A DNA stretch of 32,000 nucleotides from Candidatus Harpocratesius repetitus (lineage in GTDB: Archaea > Asgardarchaeota > Lokiarchaeia > Sigyniarchaeales > Promethearchaeaceae): positions 3,360,001 to 3,392,000 of the forward strand of contig JAIZWK010000001.1 in the NCBI GenBank assembly GCA_021498095.1, given 5' to 3'. The notes under the pieces were generated by a model. That model searched no databases. It was given only the letters and a program-made list of their open reading frames with translations, and was not told the origin of the DNA. A program made the position numbers and the translations under genes. This document shows positions 9,792 to 19,602 of this stretch, in pieces. How positions within the stretch are numbered: position 1 is the stretch's first letter; each line of letters begins with the position of its first letter.

Positions 9792-10294
9792 TATTTAAAC
9801 AATTTGTATTTCCAGCGGATAATTTTCAGTCAGATATGAACTTCTTAAAAATTATTAGTGATAGAAAAGTATGAAAAGTTCCTATAAATTAAAATTTTAA
9901 TAAGACCATTTTCTTGAATGAGTTCCTTGAATATTTTATTTATAATGAAAATCACATAATTGTATAAACATTGACAATTCTTACCTAATAGTATATTTCT
10001 AAAAAATTGAAAAAAGATTTTCCTTATTTCACTCAATTTCTAATTTTTTCATGCTATTCTTTATCAACAGATTATTATTCCATATTCAAATTAATTCTTG
10101 ATTTCGCTTAAGTAAGATTAAAATCCATCCAATATATGAATTATTTTCAATTTTTTATATGTAATTTTTTATTACTCAAATCACATCTTTTATATTTATT
10201 ATATAATTATATCTAATCTATCTGATTCTTATTTTTCTTTTTTTTCCGAATACAATTGGGAAGATTTTTAACTTTGGCCAACTAACATTAAAAT

Positions 10295-10401
10295 GATGAA
10301 TTTCATAACATTCGTATCTCCTTTTTCTTGATTTATATCCCTCTTGCAGGTCGAGTTGATCTGCGTTTGTTTTGTTTGTTGTTTATGTTGTGAAATTCAT
10401 C
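10295..10401 (+). ncRNA. Candidate structured RNA (17-bp closing stem plus internal hairpin)
   Basis: 10295-10311 pairs with 10385-10401 (16 Watson-Crick pairs, 1 G-U); internal GCAGGTC/GATCTGC hairpin with 1 G-U. Both wobbles work only on the + strand. No family recognised. Confidence 0.35.
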
Positions 10402-10518
10402 GTATTTCTCATATTCTTTGAAAGATATTTTGATTAAAAATTAATAAATGCTCAATTTTAATGAAATTAATTAATGAAATTTTATTACAAGGCTTAATCG
10501 CTGCAAATCAAAAACTGA

Positions 10519-10920
10519 TCAAGTTTGATCAGGAAAAAATAATCGCATGTTTGTTGCAATTGAAAAAAGTTCTTCATCTGATACTTGATCAAGCAAATTA
10601 AAGAATAAATTCCAATCATCTTGAGAAAATTTCCCTTTTAGAGAATGATACCAGCCAAATTTGAGAATTTCAATTAAAACTGACCGATTAATAGGAAGTG
10701 AGATTACTTCATCAAAATATGCACAAGCAATCTGTAGAAATGCTAAAGCACCAGGGATTCCTTGATAGGAAATTCCACTAGGAATCCATTCTATAATATT
10801 GTAAAGATCTTGTATTTTTAAAAAGAAAATATTTTTGAAATTACTAATTTTACCTGTTTCACTTTTACTATTTGCATCACCACAATAAATGAAAAATGAT
10901 AAAGGTTGAAATTTCAACAT
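10519..10920 (-). CDS. Hypothetical protein
   Basis: 133-aa ATG ORF with protein-like composition; no motif recognised. Confidence 0.55.
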   Translation of the reverse strand: MLKFQPLSFFIYCGDANSKSETGKISNFKNIFFLKIQDLYNIIEWIPSGISYQGIPGALAFLQIACAYFDEVISLPINRSVLIEILKFGWYHSLKGKFSQDDWNLFFNLLDQVSDEELFSIATNMRLFFPDQT

Positions 10921-11088
10921 TATTTAGTAATTTTTACCCGTAGAAGCATTTAAATGTTCTTATATTCACTATATATAAAGATTTTGAAAAAATATTCTTA
11001 TTTTAAGGTTGAATTAAGCGATTAATATTCACATTATCAACATAAATAAAAGTTAACATTTATAATAGAAGATCCCTATAAAATTGTA

Positions 11089-11802
11089 TTATATATATTT
11101 TTTATGGATGGGATCAGTAATCGAAGGAAATTTCAGCCAACCTTTCATAGTCCAATATAAAACCAGACCTACTCCTTCGGCTTGAATATTTCGAAAATCT
11201 CTATTAGAATTATATTTTTTATAACTAAGTACATCATTTGCAATTTTTGAACCTGCGCTCAATAGCAATTTCCAATATTTTTGAGGTAATGATATATTAG
11301 GGTTCATAAATCCACCGCCAGAACTGAACATTTGCATAGATCCACCCATAAACCCAAATGAACCGAAATCCATCATCATTTCTGCAATTCCTAAAGTATT
11401 TTCATCAGGTTTATAACCTAAAAGCCATTTTTCTGGTTTTTTTGAATTTTCTTCTGCTCCTTGAATATAAACGTCATTTGCTGAATAAGGTTGCAACCAA
11501 TTTCGAGCATACCAATACATTACTAAAATTGGGATATGTGGTAAAATATGGGCATGCTGTTCATTTAGAAAAGGAACATTAGCAAGCATTCGGCCGATTG
11601 GGATCTTTATTATATTAATAATAATCTCAACTAATTGAACAATATTATTTATCCTAAAAAATGCTCCATAGATCTCTACTGTGCTTGGAATTGAAATCTT
11701 AAACAAATCTTGAATGATTCTTTCTACTGTTTTAGTTTGCGCAGACGAAGGTCTTTCTCCTTGCAGTAACTCTTCAAACGTTTTATTCTTGCTTCTTTTC
11801 AT
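11089..11802 (-). CDS. Hypothetical protein with Gly/Met/Phe-rich segment
   Basis: 237-aa ORF, long for this AT content; no family recognised. Confidence 0.7.
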   Translation of the reverse strand: MKRSKNKTFEELLQGERPSSAQTKTVERIIQDLFKISIPSTVEIYGAFFRINNIVQLVEIIINIIKIPIGRMLANVPFLNEQHAHILPHIPILVMYWYARNWLQPYSANDVYIQGAEENSKKPEKWLLGYKPDENTLGIAEMMMDFGSFGFMGGSMQMFSSGGGFMNPNISLPQKYWKLLLSAGSKIANDVLSYKKYNSNRDFRNIQAEGVGLVLYWTMKGWLKFPSITDPIHKKYI

Positions 11803-12118
11803 TATATTTCATCTTTTTTAGTATTTTTGAAATTAAATTTCATAACTTTATTAAATATTAATAAGTCATAATATGATTGTTTGAAAATCAATAAAAATAT
11901 TTATTTTTTATTTACATAATCAAGAACTGTCTAATTTCTTTCTTGCTTTGAGATATTTCTATATGAATGGATATTTATGAAGAAAGAAAAAAAAGGAAAA
12001 TTTATTAATTCTTCTTTCGATTTGAAAATTCATCCTTTGAAAAAAAAAAGAGTATGAAAAGAAAAGTTATCTAAAAGAAAGAAATTTCGAAGTTTTCTTT
12101 TTTATGATGGTTTTTATT

Positions 12119-12508
12119 TCATCCATGAACATTTTCATGATGGTGTTCATGCTCTTCAGCAGACATATGAGCGTGATCACAAAGACTCTGACCACCTTCA
12201 AGTGTTCCATCGATTATTCTTTGAATGACATCTTCAGTTGAACCTTGAACACCTGTTACTACTCGAATATTATTCTGCATAAATAAATTAACAGCCATAG
12301 GACCCATTCCTCCAGCAATTATCCAATCAGCTTTATTTTCTGCAATAAATGCAGGTAATTGCCCAGGAGAATGATTAACCGCACCTGGATTAGGTACCAA
12401 TTTTTTACTAATGACTTTTCCATCTTCAAAATCCACAAAAAGATAGTTTCGTGTGCGACCAAAATGAAGAGAAACATGATCATTTTCTTCAGCAATTGCA
12501 ACTCTCAT
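12119..12508 (-). CDS. NifB/NifX-family (FeMo-cofactor-binding-like, MTH1175-type) protein with His-rich tail
   Basis: MRVAIA...VSLHFGR...LFVD, ADWIIAGGMGPMA motifs; C-terminal CDHAH..EEHEHHHE. Confidence 0.85.
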   Translation of the reverse strand: MRVAIAEENDHVSLHFGRTRNYLFVDFEDGKVISKKLVPNPGAVNHSPGQLPAFIAENKADWIIAGGMGPMAVNLFMQNNIRVVTGVQGSTEDVIQRIIDGTLEGGQSLCDHAHMSAEEHEHHHENVHG

Positions 12509-12820
12509 GATATGAATACATATTCATAAATTAATTTAAATTTTTTCAAAATAACCAAAAGACTCACAAAAAGATCTTACGTAATTTTAAAGAATTATTG
12601 TAATCAATGTAATAATTATAATTATATACTTAAGTAAAAGAATGATATAACTCACATTATCTACCAATTCAGACTTTCTGAAGACTCCAATTTTTCTCTT
12701 TTCTATCGATACTTACAATTATGATGATTTATTTATAAAGCATAGTAAAGCTTTTTATATAAACACAACAAAGTTTATCTCAACACAATCTAGATAGTGT
12801 AAAAATTTAAAAGTAAATAA

Positions 12821-12825
12821 GGTGA
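12821..12825 (+). promoter_or_regulatory. Archaeal Shine-Dalgarno GGTGA
   Basis: GGTGA 4 nt before the TTG at 12830. The same motif precedes the IS110 transposase (24549-24553) and the HDAC gene (30465-30469, minus strand). Confidence 0.55.
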
Positions 12826-12829
12826 TTAC

Positions 12830-13036
12830 TTGTTATTTTATACAGATAGTTATGCATTGTTTGGTGGTCTTTACATTGTATTAATTTTAGTAGCATTTGC
12901 TATTAATATTGCACTTTGTGTATGGGTGTATCGTGATGCCAAATCACGGGGAAAAGATGGAACACTCTGGTTAATTGTGATATTAGTTGGAGGTTGTTTG
13001 GGCTTAATCATCTATTTAATAGTCAGAAATGAATGA
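12830..13036 (+). CDS. Small two-TM membrane protein (PLDc N-terminal-like)
   Basis: WVYRDAKSRG...LWLIVIL.GG.LGLIIYLI.R pattern; TTG start with SD. Confidence 0.75.
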   Translation: MLFYTDSYALFGGLYIVLILVAFAINIALCVWVYRDAKSRGKDGTLWLIVILVGGCLGLIIYLIVRNE

Positions 13037-13075
13037 TACTTAAAAGACTTTAAATGAAATATAAATGAACCTTAA

Positions 13076-13612
13076 ATGAAGTTATCAAAAAAGATGATTG
13101 GTGCATTATTACTTGCACACCACCCAATATGTCATCCTTTTGCTCGTGATTTGCTTGGAAAAAAACATCCACTATGTAAAGGATGTGTTTTTTTTTATTC
13201 ATTTTTATTTATCGGCTTAGGAATCGGATTTGGATTATATCAATTAACATGGTTTAAACAAACACTTTGGGCAACAGCCGGGCTTACCGTGATTGGTTTA
13301 ATATTGATTAGTTCCTATGGAATAAAACTGATTATGAATAAGAAATCAAAATTAACGCAGTTGAGGCTTATTAATCAAAAAATAGATAATTTGATTCATT
13401 TTTCCGCAGGAATAGGAGTTGGATTTGTCTATATATCCCTCTTTCATGCACCAATTGCACTAATTTTGAAAATATTATTAGTTATTCAACTCCAATTGAG
13501 CTTTGCATTAACTTTTCTACCGAGATGGCGAAAAATGGATGAAATTTGCGAAAAATGTCCATTCAAAAATCAAAAACCCGACTGTCCTGGATTTACACAG
13601 ACTTCACTCTAA
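13076..13612 (+). CDS. Membrane protein with His/Cys metal-binding motifs (DUF2085-like)
   Basis: AHHPICH...HPLCKGC at the N-terminus, CEKC...DCP at the C-terminus, ~4 TM helices. Confidence 0.6.
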   Translation: MKLSKKMIGALLLAHHPICHPFARDLLGKKHPLCKGCVFFYSFLFIGLGIGFGLYQLTWFKQTLWATAGLTVIGLILISSYGIKLIMNKKSKLTQLRLINQKIDNLIHFSAGIGVGFVYISLFHAPIALILKILLVIQLQLSFALTFLPRWRKMDEICEKCPFKNQKPDCPGFTQTSL

Positions 13613-13685
13613 AAATTGAAACAAATAAATGCAAAAGGGAAAAATTGTGAAATTCAAAAGAAAATTTATCCTTATAAAAAGAAAA

Positions 13686-16124
13686 TCATGTAAAACCAAG
13701 CTTCTGCAAAATATCTTTAAGATCTTTTAAATAAAATGGTTTTTCAAGAAATCCATTAAATAAATTGCGATTTTTTAAATAGTCAGGGTTATTTTGAAGA
13801 AATCCACTTGCAACTATTGCGGGAATATCTGGATCAATCTCTCGAATCCGTTTCATAGTTTGAATCCCCCCTTTCCCTTTTGGTACTGTAAGATCTAAAA
13901 CAAGAAAATCATAAGGATTATTTATTTTGATCGATTCTAAAAATTTTTTTTCAAATAATTCTCCATCATCCACTAAGTCAGCTTTTATCCCTAATTTAGA
14001 AAATAATTTATTGTATACTTCACGCACACTAGGTTCGTCATCTAAGACTAAAACTCGTAAAGAATAAGTTTTCCATTTATGATTATTAGAATTCAAAGGT
14101 TTTAACGATGGGTAAGTTTCAAGATCTGATGAAACAGCTGCTGGTAGATAAATAGTAAATGTAGTTCCTAGATCTAAAACAGATTCAACCAAAATATGAC
14201 CGCCATGTTTTTGAATAATAGATTGACAGATTATTAATCCTAAACCAGTTCCATGCTTTTTTGTAGTAAAAAATGGGTCAAAGATTCGAGTTAATATTTC
14301 TGAAGGTATTCCACATCCTGTATCAGAAAACTTAATTCGAATATAATTTAGTGAAGAATTTAAAAATTCAGGACCCATTCCTGAATGAATATTGTCAAGA
14401 ACTACAGTGAGAATACCATGACCTTCCATAGCATCTATTGCATTTACAGTTAAATTACTAAATACCTGCTCAATTTGATCGGTATCAATATCTGCAAATT
14501 CAAGATTTTCGCTAGAAATTAATTCAAATCGAATATTTGTTCCTCTTAAATGAAATTTAACGGTTTTTTCAATTAAATCTTCTAAGTTTGCTGGTTTTTT
14601 AACAGGTAATTTTCCTTTAGTTAAATCCAAAAGCTGTCGCGTCAAATTCTTGGTTTTTTGTGAAGCATTCATGATTTCTTTTAATATATCTTTGTTTTCA
14701 TCAGACATATCTGCAAATTCGATAAGATAACTAACATTTGCTAAAATTGGCGTTAAATAATTATTTAAATCATGTGCAATCCCACCAGTGAGTAAACCTA
14801 TAGAATTTAACCTTTCAGCTTTTATCATTTCCTTTTCTATTTCTTTTTCGGTAGAAATATCATGAAAAATATAAATCCATCTATCAGGATTTTCAGGATT
14901 TTCGGAAGATTCACTAATTGCCCCTACCCAAAGTGAAATTAACACTTTCTTAGATATAAATGTCTGAAGATAGCATTGTTGGGGAAATTTTCGAAACAAC
15001 GAATTTTTTTCTTGAATATCTTGTAAAATAATTTTTTTCTCTGGGTTTTTCAGATCATATAATTTTAATACATTATTAATTGATATATTTTCAATTTTAC
15101 GTTTAGAAGTTTGAAGGATTTGAATTGATGTTGGATTGGTCATTTGTATTATCCCAGTAACATCTGTTGTAATAATTCCTTCATGTGAATTGTCTAAAAC
15201 TTTTTTAAACTGCTCTTTTTCATAAAGAAGATCTCGCGTTCGCTTTTTTACGATTTTATTTAGAGAATAGCTGGCAATTCCAAAGATAATCACCACCCCT
15301 CCAAGCGAGATCAATAGAATTTCAACCCATAATGGAAATGAAGGTGATATTTTTGGAGCTAAATAACGAGAGATAATTTGATAATAAAGAGAGTTTTTAT
15401 CACTTTTAAGTTCATTTAAATGAAAATCAATAGCTGAAATTAACTCTGAATTATATGAATGGGATTTTGGAAAGGCAAAAAATAACTCAGTTGGTTGAAA
15501 TACGATATTTGTGCGAGTAACTGAATAATCCGATTCTACTAGAATTGCAAATGTTTCATCAAGAAGACCAACATCCAGAGTCCCATTATCAAGTGCTTTT
15601 AATATCTCAGGATATGAAGTAAAATTTACAATATTACATTTAACATTAAATGATTCAAGCAGAAATTTTAGGCCAGTATCTCCCTCATAATAAATATCAC
15701 CTGGTAAAATACCTATGGTAAGATTTTCTAATTCATAAATATTTGCTATTGTTATTCCTTGCCTGGTATATAAGATCCCCCAATCTACATAAACAGATTC
15801 ATTATTATAATCATATTTATCTGCTCGAGAATCTGAATAAGCAATTATAGACATTATATCAAGATTACCTGTATTTAATCGTTCCATCAATTTTTCCCAT
15901 GAATCAAAAATCCAATTTATATTCCAACCTTCTTTTTGAGCAATATAGGACATTAATTCAACATAAATACCATTATATGTTCCATCATTGCTCTTATATG
16001 CAAAAGGATAATTATCATATATACCGACAGTAATTTGGCTGGGAATATCTGATATTGCTGTTGCATATATAGGTGTTATGATAAAAAAACTAAAAAATAA
16101 CCAGAAAATTATCCTTTTTTTCAC
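13686..16124 (-). CDS. Hybrid sensor histidine kinase (extracellular solute-binding domain, TM, PAS, HisKA, HATPase, receiver)
   Basis: SBP family-3-like ITVGIYDNYPF...GIYVELM; H-box GIAHDLNN; N-box NLTVNAIDAM; DTGCGI, FDPFFTTK, GTGLGL; receiver LVLDDE...VLDLTVP...KPF. Confidence 0.92.
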   Translation of the reverse strand: MKKRIIFWLFFSFFIITPIYATAISDIPSQITVGIYDNYPFAYKSNDGTYNGIYVELMSYIAQKEGWNINWIFDSWEKLMERLNTGNLDIMSIIAYSDSRADKYDYNNESVYVDWGILYTRQGITIANIYELENLTIGILPGDIYYEGDTGLKFLLESFNVKCNIVNFTSYPEILKALDNGTLDVGLLDETFAILVESDYSVTRTNIVFQPTELFFAFPKSHSYNSELISAIDFHLNELKSDKNSLYYQIISRYLAPKISPSFPLWVEILLISLGGVVIIFGIASYSLNKIVKKRTRDLLYEKEQFKKVLDNSHEGIITTDVTGIIQMTNPTSIQILQTSKRKIENISINNVLKLYDLKNPEKKIILQDIQEKNSLFRKFPQQCYLQTFISKKVLISLWVGAISESSENPENPDRWIYIFHDISTEKEIEKEMIKAERLNSIGLLTGGIAHDLNNYLTPILANVSYLIEFADMSDENKDILKEIMNASQKTKNLTRQLLDLTKGKLPVKKPANLEDLIEKTVKFHLRGTNIRFELISSENLEFADIDTDQIEQVFSNLTVNAIDAMEGHGILTVVLDNIHSGMGPEFLNSSLNYIRIKFSDTGCGIPSEILTRIFDPFFTTKKHGTGLGLIICQSIIQKHGGHILVESVLDLGTTFTIYLPAAVSSDLETYPSLKPLNSNNHKWKTYSLRVLVLDDEPSVREVYNKLFSKLGIKADLVDDGELFEKKFLESIKINNPYDFLVLDLTVPKGKGGIQTMKRIREIDPDIPAIVASGFLQNNPDYLKNRNLFNGFLEKPFYLKDLKDILQKLGFT

Positions 16125-16175
16125 AATTATTTATAATTTTAATCATACTTAATTATCTTTGCAAAGAAACAACAC

Positions 16176-16307
16176 ATGAAAACGAATATTGAAAATGTTG
16201 AAATTGGGGAAGATTACATTCCATATAATGAAAGACTGATGAGTCATGAAGAAATGGCTAAAATCGATTTAGATAATCTACATTTAATTCACATTACATC
16301 TAAATAA
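16176..16307 (+). CDS. Possible small protein or IS-truncated gene start (43 aa)
   Basis: MKTNIENVEIGEDYIPYNERLMSHEEMAKIDLDNLHLIHITSK; not in the ORF track; ends overlapping the transposase remnant's stop. Confidence 0.3.
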   Translation: MKTNIENVEIGEDYIPYNERLMSHEEMAKIDLDNLHLIHITSK

Positions 16308-17070
16308 AGGCTCCATCATATTCATACCTTTTGACAACTATCTTTTCATAAGGCTTTTTATGTTTGTGAATACTGATAGTAATAGGTCGATCAAGATATT
16401 TAGCTAATGCTTGTGTTCCATTCCAAGCATCTGCAGTGATTATCGTAATCGGTTTTGATGTGTTTTTTTCTGCTTCGTTAAAAACTTCGAGCATATCTTC
16501 CATTTTTCTTGTTTGAGATACTTTTAAACCTAAGATTTTATGACTCGCATAGCCTGTTGCCATTATGATATAATAAGTTTTTCCATTTATTTTTAAAAAT
16601 GTTTCATCGATTGCGATAGCATGGTCTTTTTGCTTTTTATTTACGAGGTTTTGGAGACCAACCTGTTTGATTATGGCTTGCTGAAATTTTGTGTAAAGAT
16701 AGCTCAATAAGCTGGGCGAAATCTGGTGATTCCGGGCGATATCAACTAATTTTCCATGAGCATGAAATAGATTTGACATAATAATCTCCAAATAAGAATA
16801 AAGAATGTTACAAACAAATAAGGAAGAATAAATTGTGAATTATTTTCCTCCAGCAGAGTGAATACGAAAAGGACAGTCTCGATTATAACAACGGTAACAA
16901 ACTACGCGTGTTTTTCCTCGCTTTTGTATACCATTTGACCTGACATGCACTGATCTACAAATAGGACATCTGATTGGAATGTTTTCTAAAAGGATGTTTC
17001 TTCTTTCCGGCAATTCAATGAGTATTTCAGAATATAATGGTGTGAAAGGCTTTATTTTACGACCGACCAT
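16300..17070 (-). pseudogene. IS6/IS1-like DDE transposase remnant with an internal TAA and truncated 3' end
   Basis: N-terminal Zn ribbon CPIC...CYRC.N.DC; same-frame continuation after the TAA at 16842-16840; IAIDETFLKING and ITADAW catalytic aspartates; no third catalytic Glu motif before the stop. No TIR/TSD found. Confidence 0.75.
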
Positions 17071-17247
17071 ATTTCTACAAAGAATATTTGTGATTTAAAC
17101 TTTTGGATTCCTCGCTTGTGAGAGACTAAAGTATTAAAATATATGTGAAATGATCTAAAGTGAGAATATCCTTTTCATAATCGGAATTGTTCCAGAAATT
17201 ATGGATATAACATCAAAAAAACACAAGGTACTAATTGATCCTTGCTT

Positions 17248-19593
17248 TTAAAAATCCATCACATTCTCTATTTGGAGAAAATCTTTTGCAATCTTGACTT
17301 GCTTTTTAGCCAATTGATAATAATAATCCGTTTTTCCATTGCAAAAAGTCGGCGGATCATTTAATGCTCTAATTCCTTTATTTTTATTCCATGCTTGACA
17401 TCCACCACCGCATAAATATCTCATATCACAGTGCTTACATTGTAAATTCTTATCAACTGAATGCTGCCCGATTGTTTGAAATTTATCTGAATGAATAATT
17501 GCATTTATTCCATCTGTAAAGATATTTCCATAATACAACTCTTGATCTTTATAGGCATAACAAGGAAATGCTTCTCCTTTAGGATTTACATAAAGATTAT
17601 TTCCAATTCCACATGTTTCGGATGGATTGATTTCAGAACTCAAAAAATTTAGTGCAGTCTTTGGAGATGAAAATGAAGGTGAAACTGTAGGAAAATGTAA
17701 TTGCAATTCTTTGCCCTTTCCAATAGGAAGGACTCTACGTATCCTTACTTTTAATGGGGGATCAAATGTTTTTGCAAATTCATAGACTGCATCTTGTTTA
17801 GATCTATTTATGTCCGATATTGTGCATGCAAGTTCAATATTCGTATAGTTCTTCTGTGTTAATTGCTGATAATCTTTAATATTTGCTACGGTTATGGAAT
17901 ATGATCCTTTTCCACGAATTGTATCATGAGATTCTTGATCTCCATCTAAACTTACAATAATTTCATCAAAAACAAGTGCTATTTGCTCATATTGTTGCTT
18001 AGTTAGTTTCTTTATCCAATTCGTTCTAAGAACAAGTTTTATTTGAGGAAGATCTTTTTTAATTGATACAATATCCCCAAGCATTTCCTGAAAATTAGGA
18101 TGAACTAATGGTTCTCCTCCTGTAAAAACAATTTTTTGAAAACCAAGCGTTTGTGCTTCAATCATGATCTCCTTAATGTTATTTAGATCCATATATTCAT
18201 TCGGTGACTTAGATGCATAGCAATGTTTACAATTAAGATTGCAGTCCCAAGTAATATGTAGGTAAAGATTATTCAATTGTTGGGGTTTTATTCGTTTCTG
18301 TAAATTTTGAAGTGATCTAAGACCAGATGCTTTGCTCTTTACCAATTTTAAGTTTAACAAGATGGTGACAATTTGGTCGAGATTATTATCATATTTTCCT
18401 AGCAAATATGCCGCCACAATTTTCTTTGCATTTCGTTTCATATAACTGGGAGATTTGTATTGCTCGGTAACAATTGTTATTGGAAATTTTACGATATAAT
18501 CTTTAAGCGATAAAGTTGTGTCCAAACTTGTTAATTCAATAAATTCCTGCACGTATTTTTTTTGAATTTCTTTAAATAAATTATCATATGCCTCCCAATA
18601 GGGGTCAATAATATCTTTTTCAGAAAATGCTTGATATGGACATCCTCCCAAGATATATTTTCGTCTTTCTGGTGGCAATGGTGCTGCTTTTTCTTGGAGT
18701 TTTTTCTGTCTTTCTTTTAATTTTTTTGCCCCTTTTGAATTCCATATTTCAATATCTTCACTATTAATATTCCCTAATCGATATTCCTTGTGTCCAATAA
18801 ATCGCTGACAAGGATATAGATCCCCTGTTGGATCAATGGCTAAATATGAGCCCAAGCAATCTTTATACATGCATCCCTGAGCAGTATCATTTATCGCAAA
18901 ATTTATTGCATCAATTATAATTGAATCAGAGATTAAATGCTTTTTATCTAATTCCATATGCAGCACTTTTAAAAGCACTTTACTATATTCCCTAGGAGAC
19001 AATACAAATTCATTTTGATGTTTAAGCTCACGATCATTTATATCAGGAATGGACGGATGCAATTTTGGTGAAATCTCGTTTGCATTAAAAAATTCCATAA
19101 TTTCATCGAAATGCTTTGCAGAATTGGGTGTAATCGTGGTAATTATTCCCGCATTCATTCCATTGTCTCGGAGGTTTTGTATTTGTGTCCATGTCTTTTG
19201 AAAATATCCCAATCCTCTTTGTGCATCATTTATCTTTTCTGGACCATCTAAACTTGTGCCGATGCTTACACGGTATTTTTTAAATAAGTCTATGAATTCG
19301 GATGATAGGGCCCATAGATTACTTTGAATTGAGAGTTTTAATCTATTGGAGCCAAAGGTGTCATCTAAATCTTTTAGTACATTTTTAAAAAAAGCAACCC
19401 CTGCAAGTAACGGCTCACCCCCATGAAAGATAATATTAATTATTTCGGTGTCAGACCAAGACGCCGTCATTCTCTTTAAATATACTAATGTTTTTTCCCA
19501 TTGTTTAAGAGTCATATGGTTTCCTTGATGGGGTCCAAAGCAGTATTTGCATGATGCTTGGCAGGCCATGCTTGGTACAATCATAAATTGCAT
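17248..19593 (-). CDS. Fused double radical-SAM protein with SPASM-type domains (peptide/protein-modifying type)
   Basis: Two CxxxCxxC motifs (CQASCKYC, CNLNCKHC), two GGEP motifs (HGGEPL, TGGEPL), SPASM cysteines (CMYKDC...YPC; CGIG...FPC...CKHCDMRYLCGGGC...C). Confidence 0.9.
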   Translation of the reverse strand: MQFMIVPSMACQASCKYCFGPHQGNHMTLKQWEKTLVYLKRMTASWSDTEIINIIFHGGEPLLAGVAFFKNVLKDLDDTFGSNRLKLSIQSNLWALSSEFIDLFKKYRVSIGTSLDGPEKINDAQRGLGYFQKTWTQIQNLRDNGMNAGIITTITPNSAKHFDEIMEFFNANEISPKLHPSIPDINDRELKHQNEFVLSPREYSKVLLKVLHMELDKKHLISDSIIIDAINFAINDTAQGCMYKDCLGSYLAIDPTGDLYPCQRFIGHKEYRLGNINSEDIEIWNSKGAKKLKERQKKLQEKAAPLPPERRKYILGGCPYQAFSEKDIIDPYWEAYDNLFKEIQKKYVQEFIELTSLDTTLSLKDYIVKFPITIVTEQYKSPSYMKRNAKKIVAAYLLGKYDNNLDQIVTILLNLKLVKSKASGLRSLQNLQKRIKPQQLNNLYLHITWDCNLNCKHCYASKSPNEYMDLNNIKEIMIEAQTLGFQKIVFTGGEPLVHPNFQEMLGDIVSIKKDLPQIKLVLRTNWIKKLTKQQYEQIALVFDEIIVSLDGDQESHDTIRGKGSYSITVANIKDYQQLTQKNYTNIELACTISDINRSKQDAVYEFAKTFDPPLKVRIRRVLPIGKGKELQLHFPTVSPSFSSPKTALNFLSSEINPSETCGIGNNLYVNPKGEAFPCYAYKDQELYYGNIFTDGINAIIHSDKFQTIGQHSVDKNLQCKHCDMRYLCGGGCQAWNKNKGIRALNDPPTFCNGKTDYYYQLAKKQVKIAKDFLQIENVMDF

Positions 19594-19602
19594 TTTCTCA
19601 TC

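Noticed and set aside
9845-10036. 63-aa minus-strand ORF, and similarly 22358..22615
   Set aside because: Ile/Phe/Asn/Lys-biased, as expected from random AT-rich intergenic DNA; no SD or motif seen. Cannot be fully excluded.
10295-10401. SECIS interpretation of the stem-loop (contains ATGA)
   Set aside because: The ATGA is Watson-Crick paired instead of forming a GA quartet, and no adjacent gene has a plausible in-frame Sec TGA.
12119-12508. Nitrogen fixation inferred from the NifX/NifB-like gene
   Set aside because: Standalone members are widespread in non-diazotrophic archaea and no nifHDK is in the window.
16298-17159. ATCTAAA at 16298-16304 and 17153-17159 as a target-site duplication of the IS6-like remnant
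   Set aside because: The enclosed ends are not inverted repeats, the 7-mer is AT-rich, and the reconstructed empty site gives no convincing gene.
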